DNA of 64,000 nucleotides. Origin: Nemertoderma westbladi (taxonomy: Eukaryota; Animalia; Xenacoelomorpha). The position numbers were made by a program, and so were the translations under genes. Shown piece by piece: positions 1 to 13,752 of the stretch. The stretch covers positions 1 through 64,000 of the forward strand of contig JAUCBJ010000365.1 of the NCBI GenBank assembly GCA_032718475.1, in the 5' to 3' direction. Below the pieces are notes generated by a model. That model made no database searches. It was given only the letters and a program-made list of their open reading frames with translations, and had not been told where the DNA came from. Position 1 is the first letter of the stretch; the number at the start of each line of letters is the position of its first letter.

Positions 1-3000
1 TAGGGAACCACTAAAGGATAAGGTTCGGAACCCGTACAGCTAGGGAACCACTAAAGGATAAGGTTCGGAACCCGCACAGATATGGAACCACTAAAGGATA
101 AGGTCCGGAACCCGTACAGCTAGGAACCACTAAAGTATAAGGTTCGGAACCCGTACAGCTAGGGATCCACTAAAGGATAAGGTTCGGAACCCGTACAGAT
201 GGGAACCACTAAAGGATAAGGTTCGGATCCCGTACAGATGGGAACCACTAAAGGATAAGGTTCGGAACCCGTACAGCTAGGGATCCACTAAAGGATAAGG
301 TTCGGATCCCGTACAGATGGGAACCACTAAAGGATAAGGTTCGGAACCCGTACAGATGGGAACCACTAAAGGATAAGGTTCGGAACCCGTACAGATGGGA
401 ACCACTAAAGGATAAGGTTCGGAACCCGTACAGCTAGGGATCCACTAAAGGATAAGGTTCGGATCCCGTACAGCTAGGGAACCACTAAAGGATAAGGTTC
501 GGAACCCGTACAGATTGGGAACCACTAAAGGATAAGGTTCGGAACCCGTACAGCTAGGGATCCACTAAAGGATAAGGTTCGGATCCCGTACAGATGGGAA
601 CCACTAAAGGATAAGGTTCGGATCCCGTACAGCTAGGGAACCACTAAAGGATAAGGTTCGGAACCCGTACAGATGGGAACCACTAAAGGATAAGGTTCGG
701 AACCCGTACAGATAGGGAACCACTAAAGGATAAGGTTCGGAACCCGTACAGATAGGGAACCACTAAAGGATAAGGTTCGGAACCCGTACAGATGGGAACC
801 ACTAAAGGATAAGGTTCGGAACCCGTACAGATGGGAACCACTAAAGGATAAGGTTCGGAACCCGTACAGATGGGAACCACTAAAGGATAAGGTTCGGAAC
901 CCGTACAGATAGGGAACCACTAAAGGATAAGGTTCGGAACCCGTACAGATAGGGAACCACTAAAGGATAAGGTTCGGAACCCGTACAGATATGGAACCAC
1001 TAAAGGATAAGGTTCGGAACCCGTACAGATATGGAACCACTAAAGGATAAGGTTCGGAACCCGTACAGATAGGGAACCACTAAAGGATAAGGTTCGGAAC
1101 CCGTACAGATGGGAACCACTAAAGGATAAGGTTCGGAACCCGTACAGATGGGAACCACTAAAGGATAAGGTTCGGAACCCGTACAGATGGGAACCACTAA
1201 AGGATAAGGTTCGGAACCCGTACAGATAGGGAACCACTAAAGGATAAGGTTCGGAACCCGTACAGATAGGGAACCACTAAAGGATAAGGTTCGGAACCCG
1301 TACAGATATGGAACCACTAAAGGATAAGGTTCGGAACCCGTACAGATATGGAACCACTAAAGGATAAGGTTCGGAACCCGTACAGATGGGAACCACTAAA
1401 GGATAAGGTTCGGAACCCGTACAGATGGGAACCACTAAAGGATAAGGTTCGGAACCCGTACAGATGGGAACCACTAAAGGATAAGGTTCGGAACCCGTAC
1501 AGATAGGGAACCACTAAAGGATAAGGTTCGGAACCCGTACAGATAGGGAACCACTAAAGGATAAGGTTCGGAACCCGTACAGCTAGGGATCCACTAAAGG
1601 ATAAGGTTCGGATCCCGTACAGATGGGAACCACTAAAGGATAAGGTTCGGATCCCGTACAGCTAGGGAACCACTAAAGGATAAGGTTCGGAACCCGTACA
1701 GATATGGAACCACTAAAGGATAAGGTTCGGAACCCGTACAGATAGGGAACCACTAAAGGATAAGGTTCGGAACCCGTACAGATATGGAACCACTAAAGGA
1801 TAAGGTTCGGAACCCGTACAGATAGGGAACCACTAAAGGATAAGGTTCGGAACCCGTACAGATAGGGAACCACTAAAGGATAAGGTTCGGAACCCGTACA
1901 GATAGGGAACCACTAAAGGATAAGGTTCGGAACCCGTACAGATATGGAACCACTAAAGGATAAGGTCCGGAACCCGTACAGATGGGAACCACTAAAGGAT
2001 AAGGTTCGGAACCCGTACAGCTAGGGATCCACTAAAGGATAAGGTTCGGAACCCGTACAGATGGGAACCACTAAAGGATAAGGTTCGGAAACCGTACAGA
2101 TATGGAACCACTAAAGGATAAGGTCCGGAACCCGTACAGATAGGGAACCACTAAAGGATAAGGTTCGGAACCCGTACAGGAACCCGTACAGATAGGGAAC
2201 CACTAAAGGATAAGGTTCGGAACCCGTACAAATAGGAACCACTAAAGGATAAGGTTCGGATCCCGTACAGATAGGAACCACTAAAGGATAAGGTTCGGAA
2301 CCCGTACAGATAGGGATCCACTAAAGGATAAGGTTCGGAACCCGTACAGATAGGGAACCACTAAAGGATAAGGTTCGGAAACCGTACAGATAGGGAACCA
2401 CTAAAGGATAAGGTTCGGAACCCGTACAGATAGGGAACCACTACAGGATAAGGTTCGGAACCCGTACAGATAGGGATCCACTAAAGGATAAGGTTCGGAA
2501 CCCGTACAGCTAGGGATCCACTAAAGGATAAGGTTCGGATCCCGTACAGATGGGAACCACTAAAGGATAAGGTTCGGAACCCGTACAGATAGGGAACCAC
2601 TAAAGGATAAGGTTCGGAACCCGTACAGCTAGGGAACCACTAAAGGATAAGGTTCAGATCCCGTACAGATGGGAACCACTAAAGGATAAGGTTCGGAACC
2701 CGTACAGATGGGAACCACTAAAGGATAAGGTTCGGAACCCGTACAGATGGGAACCACTAAAGGATAAGGTTTGGAACCCGTACAGATGGGAACCACTAAA
2801 GGATAAGGTTCGGAACCCGTACAGATAGGGATCCACTAAAGGATAAGGTTCGGAACCCGTACAGCTAGGGATCCACTAAAGGATAAGGTTCGGATCCCGT
2901 ACAGATGGGAACCACTAAAGGATAAGGTTCGGAACCCGTACAGCTAGGGAACCACTAAAGGATAAGGGTCGGAACCCGTACAGATAGGGAACCACTAAAG

Positions 3001-6000
3001 GATAAGGGTCGGAACCCGTACAGATAGGGAACCACTAAAGGATAAGGTTCGGAACCCGTACAGATAGGGATCCACTAAAGGATAAGGTTCGGAACCCGTA
3101 CAGATAGGGAACCACTAAAGGATAAGGTTCGGAACCCGTACAGATGGGAACCACTAAAGGATAAGGTTCGGATCCCGTACAGATAGGGAACCACTAAAGG
3201 ATAAGGTTCGGAACCCGTACAGATAGGGAACCACTAAAGGATAAGGTTCGGAACCCGTACAGATAGGGAACCACTAAAGGATAAGGTTCGGAACCCGTAC
3301 AGATAGGGAACCACTAAAGGATAAGGTTCGGAACCCGTACAGATAGGAACCACTAAAGGATAAGGTTCGGAACCCGTACAGCTAGGGAACCACTAAAGGA
3401 TAAGGTTCGGATCCCGTACAGATAGGGATCCACTAAAGGATAAGGTTCGGAACCCGTACAGATAGGGAACCACTAAAGGATAAGGTTCGGAACCCGTACA
3501 GATAGGGAACCACTAAAGGATAAGGTTCGGAACCCGTACAGATAGGAACCACTAAAGGATAAGGTTCGGAACCCGTACAGATAGGGAACCACTAAAGGAT
3601 AAGGTTCGGATCCCGTACAGCTAGGGAACCACTAAAGGATAAGGTTCGGAACCCGTACAGCTAGGGAACCACTAAAGGATAAGGGTCGGAACCCGTACAG
3701 ATAGGGAACCACTAAAGGATAAGGTTCGGAACCCGTACAGCTAGGGATCCACTAAAGGATAAGGTTCGGAACCCGTACAGCTAGGGAACCACTAAAGGAT
3801 AAGGGTCGGAACCCGTACAGATAGGGAACCACTAAAGGATAAGGTTCGGAACCCGTACAGCTAGGGAACCACTAAAGGATAAGGTTCGGATCTCGTACAG
3901 ATATGGAACCACTAAAGGATAAGGTTCGGATCCCGTACAGATAGGGATCCACTAAAGGATAAGGTTCGGAACCCGTACAGGAACCCGTACAGATAGGGAA
4001 CCACTAAAGGATAAGGTTCGGAACCCGTACAGCTAGGGAACCACTAAAGGATAAGGTTCGGAACCCGTACAGATAGGGAACCACTAAAGGATAAGGTTCG
4101 GAACCCGTACAGCTAGGGAACCACTAAAGGATAAGGTTCGGATCCCGTACAGATATGGAACCACTAAAGGATAAGGTTCGGATCCCGTACAGATAGGGAT
4201 CCACTAAAGGATAAGGTTCGGAACCCGTACAGATATGGAACCACTAAAGGATAAGGTTCGGAACCCGTACAGATAGGGAACCACTAAAGGATAAGGTTCG
4301 GAACCCGTACAGATAGGGAACCACTAAAGGATAAGGTTCGGAACCCGTACAGATAGGGAACCACTAAAGGATAAGGTTCGGAACCCGTACAGATGGGAAC
4401 CACTAAAGGATAAGGTTCGGAACCCGTACAGATGGGAACCACTAAAGGATAAGGTTCGGAACCCGTACAGATGGGAACCACTAAAGGATAAGGTTCGGAA
4501 CCCGTACAGCTAGGGAACCACTAAAGGATAAGGTTCGGAACCCGTACAGATGGGAACCACTAAAGGATAAGGTTCGGAACCCGTACAGATGGGAACCACT
4601 AAAGGATAAGGTTCGGAACCCGTACAGATGGGAACCACTAAAGGATAAGGTTCGGAACCCGTACAGATTGGGAACCACTAAAGGATAAGGTTCGGAACCC
4701 GTACAGATATGGAACCACTAAAGGATAAGGTTCGGAACCCGTACAGATGGGAACCACTAAAGGATAAGGTTCGGAACCCGTACAGATAGGGAACCACTAA
4801 AGGATAAGGTTCGGAACCCGTACAGATAGGGATCCACTAAAGGATAAGGTTCGGAACCCGTACAGGAACCCGTACAGATAGGGAACCACTAAAGGATAAG
4901 GGTCGGATCCCGTACAGATAGGGAACCACTAAAGGATAAGGTTCGGAACCCGTACAGCTAGGGATCCACTGAAGGATAAGGTTCGGATCCCGTACAGATG
5001 GGAACCACTAAAGGATAAGGTTCGGAACCCGTACAGATAGGGAACCACTAAAGGATAAGGTTCGGAACCCGTACAGCTAGGGATCCACTAAAGGATAAGG
5101 TTCGGATCCCGTACAGATGGGAACCACTAAAGGATAAGGTTCGGAACCCGTACAGATGGGAACCACTAAAGGATAAGGTTCGGAACCCGTACAGATAGGG
5201 AACCACTAAAGGATAAGGTTCGGAACCCGTACAGATGGGAACCACTAAAGGATAAGGTTCGGAACCCGTACAGCTAGGGATCCACTAAAGGATAAGGTTC
5301 GGAACCCGTACAGATGGGAACCACTAAAGGATAAGGTTCGGAACCCGTACAGATGGGAACCACTAAAGGATAAGGTTCGGAACCCGTACAGATAGGGAAC
5401 CACTAAAGGATAAGGGTCGGAACCCGTACAGATAGGGAACCACTAAAGGATAAGGTTCGGAACCCGTACAGATAGGGAACCACTAAAGGATAAGGGTCGG
5501 ATCCCGTACAGATAGGGAACCACTAAAGGATAAGGTTCGGAACCCGTACAGCTAGGGATCCACTAAAGGATAAGGTTCGGATCCCGTACAGATGGGAACC
5601 ACTAAAGGATAAGGTTCGGAACCCGTACAGATAGGGATCCACTAAAGGATAAGGTTCGGAACCCGTACAGATAGGGAACCACTAAAGGATAAGGTTCGGA
5701 ACCCGTACAGATAGGGAACCACTAAAGGATAAGGTTCGGAACCCGTACAGCTAGGGATCCACTAAAGGATAAGGTTCGGATCCCGTACAGATGGGAACCA
5801 CTAAAGGATAAGGTTCGGAACCCGTACAGATGGGAACCACTAAAGGATAAGGTTCGGAACCCGTACAGATGGGATCCACTAAAGGATAAGGTTCGGAACC
5901 CGTACAGGAACCCGTACAGATAGGGAACCACTAAAGGATAAGGGTCGGGACCCGTACAGATAGGGATCCACTAAAGGATAAGGTTCGGAACCCGTACAGG

Positions 6001-8070
6001 AACCCGTACAGATAGGGAACCACTAAAGGATAAGGGTCGGATCCCGTACAGATAGGAACCACTAAAGGATAAGGTTCGGAACCCGTACAGCTAGGGATCC
6101 ACTAAAGGATAAGGTTCGGATCCCGTACAGATGGGAACCACTAAAGGATAAGGTTCGGAACCCGTACAGATAGGGATCCACTAAAGGATAAGGTTCGGAA
6201 CCCGTACAGCTAGGGATCCACTAAAGGATAAGGTTCGGATCCCGTACAGATGGGAACCACTAAAGGATAAGGTTCGGAACCCGTACAGATAGGGAACCAC
6301 TAAAGGATAAGGTTCGGAACCTGTACAGCTAGGGATCCACTAAAGGATAAGGTTCGGAACCCGTACAGCTAGGGAACCACTAAAGGATAAGGTTCGGATC
6401 CCGTACAGATAGGGAACCACTAAAGGATAAGGTTCGGAACCCGTACAGCTAGGGATCCACTAAAGGATAAGGTTCGGAAACCGTAAAGATGGGAACCACT
6501 AAAGGATAAGGTTCGGATCCCGTACAGATGGGAACCACTAAAGGATAAGGTTCGGAACCCGTACAGATAGGGAACCACTAAAGGATAAGGTTCGGAACCC
6601 GTACAGATGGGAACCACTAAAGGATAAGGTTCGGAACCCGTACAGATATGGAACCACTAAAGGATAAGGTTCGGAACCCGTACAGATGGGAACCACTAAA
6701 GGATAAGGTTCGGAACCCGTACAGATAGGGAACCACTAAAGGATAAGGTTCGGATCTCGTACAGATAGGGAACCACTAAAGGATAAGGTTCGGAACCCGT
6801 ACAGATAGGGAACCACTAAAGGATAAGGTTCGGATCTCGTACAGATAGGGAACCACTAAAGGATAAGGTTCGGAACCCGTACAGATATGGAACCACTAAA
6901 GGATAAGGTTCGGAACCCGTACAGATATGGAACCACTAAAGGATAAGGTTCGGAACCCGTACAGATATGGAACCACTAAAGGATAAGGTTCGGAACCCGT
7001 ACAGATAGGGAACCACTAAAGGATAAGGTTCGGAACCCGTACAGATAGGGAACCACTAAAGGATAAGGTTCGGAACCCGTACAGATGGGAACCACTAAAG
7101 GATAAGGTTCGGAACCCGTACAGATATGGAACCACTAAAGGATAAGGTTCGGAACCCGTACAGATGGGAACCACTAAAGGATAAGGTTCGGAACCCGTAC
7201 AGATAGGGAACCACTAAAGGATAAGGTTCGGATCTCGTACAGATAGGGAACCACTAAAGGATAAGGTTCGGAACCCGTACAGATAGGGAACCACTAAAGG
7301 ATAAGGTTCGGATCTCGTACAGATAGGGAACCACTAAAGGATAAGGTTCGGAACCCGTACAGATATGGAACCACTAAAGGATAAGGTTCGGAACCCGTAC
7401 AGATATGGAACCACTAAAGGATAAGGTTCGGAACCCGTACAGATATGGAACCACTAAAGGATAAGGTTCGGAACCCGTACAGATAGGGAACCACTAAAGG
7501 ATAAGGTTCGGAACCCGTACAGATAGGGAACCACTAAAGGATAAGGTTCGGAACCCGTACAGATAGGGAACCACTAAAGGATAAGGTTCGGAACCCGTAC
7601 AGATAGGGAACCACTAAAGGATAAGGTTCGGAACCCGTACAGATAGGGAACCACTAAAGGATAAGGTTCGGAACCCGTACAGATAGGGAACCACTAAAGG
7701 ATAAGGTTCGGATCCCGTACAGATGGGAACCACTAAAGGATAAGGTTCGGAACCCGTACAGATAGGGAACCACTAAAGGATAAGGTTCGGAACCCGTACA
7801 GATAGGATCCACTAAAGGATAAGGTTCGGATCTCGTACAGATATGGAACCACTAAAGGATAAGGTTCGGAACCCGTACAGATAGGGAACCACTAAAGGAT
7901 AAGGTTCGGAACCCGTACAGATAGGGAACCACTAAAGGATAAGGTTCGGAACCCGTACAGATGGGAACCACTAAAGGATAAGGTTCGGAACCCGTACAGA
8001 TAGGAACAACTAAAGGATAAGGTTCGGATCTCGTACAGATATGGAACCACAAGGTTCGGACTTCGTACAC
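1..8070. repeat. Satellite array, 39/40-bp unit (GGATAAGGTTCGGAACCCGTACAGAT(A)GGGAACCACTAAA), about 200 copies, truncated by window start
   Basis: Directly visible tandem unit with a few recurring variants and no unique spacers; degenerates at about 8040-8070. Confidence 0.98.
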
Positions 8071-8859
8071 AATTGTTAGTTCCACCTGAATTCGTCAGTT
8101 TAAAGTAAATGACACTTCATATACCGGACGCCATACATAAAAAGACTAGACATAACTTTAGAGAAATGACATTCAGCTAATTGTAATTTCACTTTTTTGA
8201 ATTGGAAACTCCATGAATTTCTGGTTTAGAATAATCTAATTGGAATAATATAAAAAATAATTTGTTGGATTACCTTTTGAATCAAGGAAGGAGAAAAGCG
8301 TAATATAAGAATTATAATGCGTATTACAAGTGAAATAAATTATCTTTTTTAATTTCCACCCTCTCGAACTATAATACGAGCCGCCGAGCCGTCAGTCGGT
8401 GGGATTAAATATGTATTTTTTCGTGTAATAAGTAATTGTATTTTTAATCTCATGTTTATAATTTATGCTTCATTAATTTACCACAATTTATTGAGCAACC
8501 TACACAATTAATTATTGAATCATTGTAATTCATAAATTAGTCATTGTGTATTTTGTGTAAAATTATGAACTATTATAATTAACAAATGAGACAATCTGGG
8601 TGATCGCATACGATGTCACTTTGTGATACTGAACATTTTCATTGGCCATCCCATATTTTATAAAGTGTTACTGATGCTTGCAAATAGAAACACAACTGAA
8701 AGATGAGATTATTATCGCTAGAAAACGAATGCCGTATGCAATAGCAGTCATGGACAATATCGAGTAGATCAGTCTGTGCATGGCATTGTTCTATGGCAGC
8801 CGCCTCGTGAGAGGAAAAGCGAGCCATTGCGAACTGTCTGGAGGTGTTGTGTGGATGGG

Positions 8860-10513
8860 CCGGTGTAACCGGTTGTAACATAATTGACTCCCCAGTAGTC
8901 TCAGCCTAGGCTGAGAACACTCGCCTTAGGCTGATATAACTCCGTACTCCCCTCTCGATAACTCTCCTCTAGTTGCAAAAAATTGTTTAGTTTATTCTAA
9001 CTTATACATTTTTTATTTATTATTTTTATTTTTATAAAAATAATTTTATGTTTATTTTTTATTCACTTATACATTCACGTTCGTTTTACCATATACATAT
9101 ACAGGCAGCATAATAAAGCATAATACTTTTTGGAAGTGATTTTTTATGCCTGTTCATTTGACTTTATTTGTCCGCAATTCTTTATGAATTTTGCATAATA
9201 CTTTTGTTGTCCGCAGAATGACTTTTTATGCATGCATTATTTTCTTCAATTAAGAGAATGGAGCAGGTTACATAGATTGTCTTTTTTAACCAAAACAATA
9301 AACGATAAAATTACCAATTGAGGAAAAGTGTCAGGTTACAGAGGCGGGCTTTTCTAACCAAACACTAGAAAGCCCGGGGGAACAATCCTAGCCAAGAGAA
9401 TTTCAAATGAACTATGTCAGTCAGCAGTAAGTAAATTTTCAGCTGGATCAGGTTGCTTCTAGCGTCTTTTTGTCAATTCCAAGAAGACCAAAATCATGAT
9501 AGTCAACGTAGACACAGACAGCCCTCATGCAATGTCTATGATCGTAAGGGCATAAGCTTTGTCCTATGTCGTATTATCAGTCTGGTAGTACACACTGCAG
9601 TATAGGTCAGTGCACACTGCACGGGCTACTGCATTGATGTACACGTACATGTTATTGTGTATATTGCATTTTATGTCATGTTAGCTGATTGAATTATAAG
9701 CACAGGGTCGTTCAAATGTTAGGTTCATAAAGACATGTAGGGACTGGTATTACTAAGCAAAGCTGTTCAATGGGGACCGAACCAACACACGACGTTTGTC
9801 TATGGAGGGTCTTCTTATAGCCAGCTTGCTGTCTTTTCTAGTTAATTAATAGGGCTGCTGCCTTTGATGTATTCTAATGGGTCATAATACTTCTAAAGCC
9901 AACTCTCTATGTATTCCTTTGCCACAGCTGTCACTGAATGTCTAAATACATATAATTTCGCGACAAAATAATGCCAAAAAACGTAATATATCGAATACCA
10001 CACATAGAATCGATCTGAAATTTTTTAACGCGATTATGAATCCCCAAAGCAATGTACTTGAAAATTTTCATAAAAAACGCCAGGTAGGAAGGGATTATTA
10101 TCAGTGAGTGAGTCAGTCAGTCAGTGTTATATGACCTGAGATTTTTACAGTAAGTATCCCGCTGTCGCGTCGAGCAGGCTCCTAATTACAAAAAAGAGCA
10201 GGTAACATACCAATTGAGGAAAAGGAGCTTTTCTAACCAAAACAATCAACAGTTACAATACAAAATGAGAAAAAAGAGCAGGTAACAGAAACGGGCTTTT
10301 CTATTTACATTATTTAATATAATTATTATTATTTAACATTGAGAAAGGCTGCATCAGGATTTAACTTAATGAGCACAAATGTAATAAATGATTATTTGTA
10401 GCGTTTTTCGCAATTAGGGGAGTCATCTCAACCTAAGGGGAGTGTTCTCAGCCTAGGCTGAGATAACTGGGGAGTTAATTTCAAGAGGGAGTTATCTCAG
10501 CCTTGTACACCTG
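8860..10513. mobile_element. Non-autonomous DNA transposon (MITE-like) with ~60-bp subterminal inverted repeats
   Basis: 8882-8943 (aattgactccccagtagtctcagcctaggctgagaacactc...) is the reverse complement of 10419-10480; the ends ccggtgtaac / gtacacctg are also inverted; no ORF. Confidence 0.6.
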
Positions 10514-10695
10514 TCGGCAATGCATCCTAGTAGTGTGGGCCGATATTGTAGAGGCCTGTATGTAATGTGCAGCAGACGGAATATTGCCTTTAGCTTATAT
10601 TGTGTACCGTTTAGGTGGTACTATAATATGTACGTACAACCCTATCACCATAAATGTAACAAACAAAGTGAAGCATTCTGAGCTAATTTCTATGG

Positions 10696-11001
10696 TTACA
10701 GTTCCATGGCAGTTGCTGAACCGGAAGTAAGAACGGTTGCTTCGGGAAGGATGTCGGACATGTTGGGTTTACAGGAACAGCTTTCAGCCACGGTAAATAG
10801 AGTAGAATCAGTGTATTCTCCGCAAGTAGACATATGGCAGGCTCGGACACTAGCTATATAAGAAGAGCTGTTGGGAAGGTCACTGACAATAGCCTCCGGA
10901 GTGGAGACACTCCAACCATATTGAAAGGAAGAACTTTCGTCTTTGATGAGTAGTTGGTAGGTATTTGGGAGGTCGCCGTTATGTCCAGGTACCCAGCTCA
11001 C
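10696..11001 (-). CDS. Paralogue A exon 8 (FN3 domain C-terminal part, stop)
   Basis: VSWVPGHNGDLPNTYQL...LPNSSSYIASVRAC; AG acceptor at 11002-11003. Confidence 0.8.
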   Translation of the reverse strand: MSWVPGHNGDLPNTYQLLIKDESSSFQYGWSVSTPEAIVSDLPNSSSYIASVRACHMSTCGEYTDSTLFTVAESCSCKPNMSDILPEATVLTSGSATAMEL

Positions 11002-11307
11002 CTAGAAGGGGGTGATAATAATAATACTATCTTATTATCTAAACTACATGGACCATTAGTTAGGACGGTATAATCTTCATATTGCATGCAGTGGGATTTT
11101 GATTTCAAGTCTCAAAAGTATTTCTAAAACTAGGGTTCGAAAATGATGCAAAAGTAGCTAGATTTCGAAAATGTATTTTTATTTTTAAAGCCCGTTTTAA
11201 CTATTCGTAGCCAAAATATTATTTATTAAATGTCATAGTAGTTCACATTTTCTACTAAGTTAAGTTTCAGGGATATAACGAAAAGTGGTTGGGGCGGGTT
11301 AGCATAC

Positions 11308-11577
11308 CTTGATATTTCCATCTGCAAGAGCTATCGCCGACACAGATTTAGGTGGATCCGGTGCGAAATGACGCCAACAGTACCCACAAGAAGCACGGCA
11401 TATTTGTACCATATAAGTGGGATTATTTTTGCATTCGCCGCTATCTTTCCAGTGTCCACACATAGTATTGTCATCCGTACACGATTCTCCTAAAGACTTT
11501 ACATTGACTGACTCCAAATGGAAATCATTCAATGTACAGGATATGTGCTCGCCATTCTTGCAAAGTCCTTTAACCCA
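11308..11577 (-). CDS. Paralogue A exon 7 (ShKT domain and FN3 start)
   Basis: CTDDNTMCGHWKDSGECKNNPTYMVQICRASCGYC six-Cys ShKT pattern; 270 nt as in B and C. Confidence 0.8.
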
Positions 11578-11908
11578 CTAAAATATGGAAATATGAGTAA
11601 AATGTAATTGCTTATTATTCAACAATTAATTGCGCTGCCGATTAAACAATTAAACATTAACTATTAAGTAACTGTGGGTTGTAATGGAAGTTTAGTAAGA
11701 ATTTGTGTCATGAGGTCGTCAACAGAAAGTCCTAAGAAGACTTTACTCTCTTCTGCAGAGGGGTCCATTGATAGTCGATGCCAGTAGTGTGGCACTTGAT
11801 CTTGGTTCCCCATCTTCTTCCGATGGACATTAATGTCACACCTTTACTTGTTATACTTACAGTTAGTTATATCAAGAACTAGACTTGGTATTTAATTGAT
11901 ATACTTAC

Positions 11909-12135
11909 TGTGATATCCGGGTCTTCTTTACTTGAAAGTGGTATGATTTCATTTTGACATGGGAAGATTCTCTCAGTTAGATCGTAGGCCGCTCTATCAT
12001 AACTTTTTAACTCATTTCGAGTGTTAACGAAATTTTTAATACCATCACAACTTCCATCAGCATTGCTGGATTCCACGGATTGACTGAAGTAGTACATCAT
12101 ATTCTCTGCCATCCACTCGTTTTTGTCTGTACTGC
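11909..12135 (-). CDS. Paralogue A exon 6 (peptidase C-terminal part)
   Basis: NEWMAENMMYYF...VNTRNELKSYD; 227 nt, GT/AG. Confidence 0.8.
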
Positions 12136-12312
12136 CTGAAATATTTTGAGAATCGTTCAATCCTTCCGAATTTATCTTTAAGCGGATATTTGTACTCTAC
12201 TCTGCGCCGTTTTCTAGGCGTCTAATATCCCCATGCCATACACCTAGCACATAGGATATGCTATTACGTACTACACTTACTCAGGTAGGTGTTTTTTTAT
12301 TATATATCTTAC

Positions 12313-12531
12313 TGTAGCAGTTTTTCCACAGTCTCCTCGACGATTTATATTTCTTTCTGATATCTCTATAAAGGGTACGATCGCCTCCCTTGACGCCGAT
12401 AAGATGAATCCCATGGCCCAGTTCATGGAGGAAGATGTTGTTACCATAGTAATAATCTTCGGTGTAAGGATAATACAGAAGGTTCTCCTCAGCACCGGAA
12501 CACAGCGGTTCCATCTGCGTTCCTCCCAAAC
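12313..12531 (-). CDS. Paralogue A exon 5 (HELGH zinc-binding motif)
   Basis: GAEENLL...NIFLHELGHGIH; 219 nt, GT/AG. Confidence 0.8.
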
Positions 12532-12774
12532 CTGTAAATTGACTCTTTTTTTGAAGATGGTTGGTTGTTTCTCATATGTGATATAATATCACCAATTACA
12601 TTGGATTCAACCCACAGAAGCCAATAGCAGTTAGGTCACATAAATTTATGTGGGGCACTGAGGGAAAGTAAACATTTATGACGTTCGCAATTCGCATTAA
12701 TACGATAAATCGTCTCTGACACATGTGAGATTTGTCAATTATAACGAACTAAAATATATAATACTGTACTTAAC

Positions 12775-12890
12775 CTCTAACACCACTATCAGCTCTGTTA
12801 CGATGTTCAGGCATATCATTAGAGGCTTCATCTTTAGACATAATAGCCACTCTCGCCTGAGAGTTATACATTGCGTTTCTGATATCTTGT
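12775..12890 (-). CDS. Paralogue A exon 4
   Basis: QDIRNAMYNSQARVAIMSKDEASNDMPEH in the phase-2 frame; 116 nt. Confidence 0.75.
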
Positions 12891-13049
12891 CTGGAAACAA
12901 TAAATTATCAATTAGCAACAAACTAGTGAAGCAATTAGTTAAAGTGGACAAAACTCCAAAGAAATCTAGCAGATTCACAATTCCTATCTAACCATAAGAA
13001 CAAAGTAACAAACCCAACCTACTTATATAAAATCAGGGACCAGGAAATG

Positions 13050-13500
13050 ATGTAACAAGTATAACCTACCTTAATCTAACATCATAAACCAAGTAATGTA
13101 ACAAGTATAACCTACCTATCTAACATCATGAACCAAGTAATGTAACAAGTATAACCTACCTATCTAACATCATGAACCAAGTAATGTAACAAGTATAACC
13201 TACCTATCTAAAATCATGAACCAAGTAATGTAACAAATATAACCTACCTATCTAACATCATGAACCAAGTAATGTAACAGGTATAACCTACCTATCTAAC
13301 ATCATGAACCAAGTAATGTAACAAATATAACCTACCTATCTAACATCATGAACCAAGTAATGTAACAGGTATAACCTACCTATCTAACATCATGAACCAA
13401 GTAATGTAACAAGTATAACCTACCTATCTAACATCATGAACCAAGTAATGTAACAAGTATAACCTACCTATCTAAATCATGAACCAAGTAATGTAACAAT
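13050..13500 (-). repeat. 44-bp minisatellite (about 10 copies) of exon-3 end plus splice donor
   Basis: Unit TGTTACATTACTTGGTTCATGATGTTAGATAG|GTAGGTTATACT on the minus strand. Confidence 0.95.
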
Positions 13501-13666
13501 ATAGGCTTTCCGAAGTGCCTCATCCGGAACATTTTCCGAACTGAGTATCGGAATTCCATAGGCGTGAAGGTATTTCTTATAAAAAGGATCCAAATTCATT
13601 TCCGCAACAACCGCGTTGGGTGGTGGAGAAACATGACGGCAGTTGACATTCCTCCAGGCATCGCCC
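13468..13666 (-). pseudogene. Paralogue A exon 3 (frameshifted near its 3' end)
   Basis: GDAWRNVNCRH...DPFYKKYLHAYGIPILSSENVPDEALRKA, then a 5-nt insertion relative to B and C. Confidence 0.75.
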
Positions 13667-13752
13667 CTAATGTAATGGGTATTATATTAATAATAACATT
13701 ACGTGAAATGTTAAAAATATCCCCGATAAACTATACATATATCCAAACAGAT

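Noticed and set aside
1-8070. CRISPR array (palindromic ~40-bp repeat)
   Set aside because: Units are directly adjacent with no unique spacers, there are no cas genes, and the context is eukaryotic.
683-8085. Many 60-77-aa ORFs (VVPICTGSEPYPL / YGFRTLSFSGSHL)
   Set aside because: Translations of 39-bp satellite units broken by 40-bp units; no evidence of a gene.
12739-12978. ORF-track proteins ...FPDKISETQCITLRRE... (also 23982-24197 and 45907-46164)
   Set aside because: Wrong frame. Exon phases show that exon 4 reads QDIRNAMYNSQAR.
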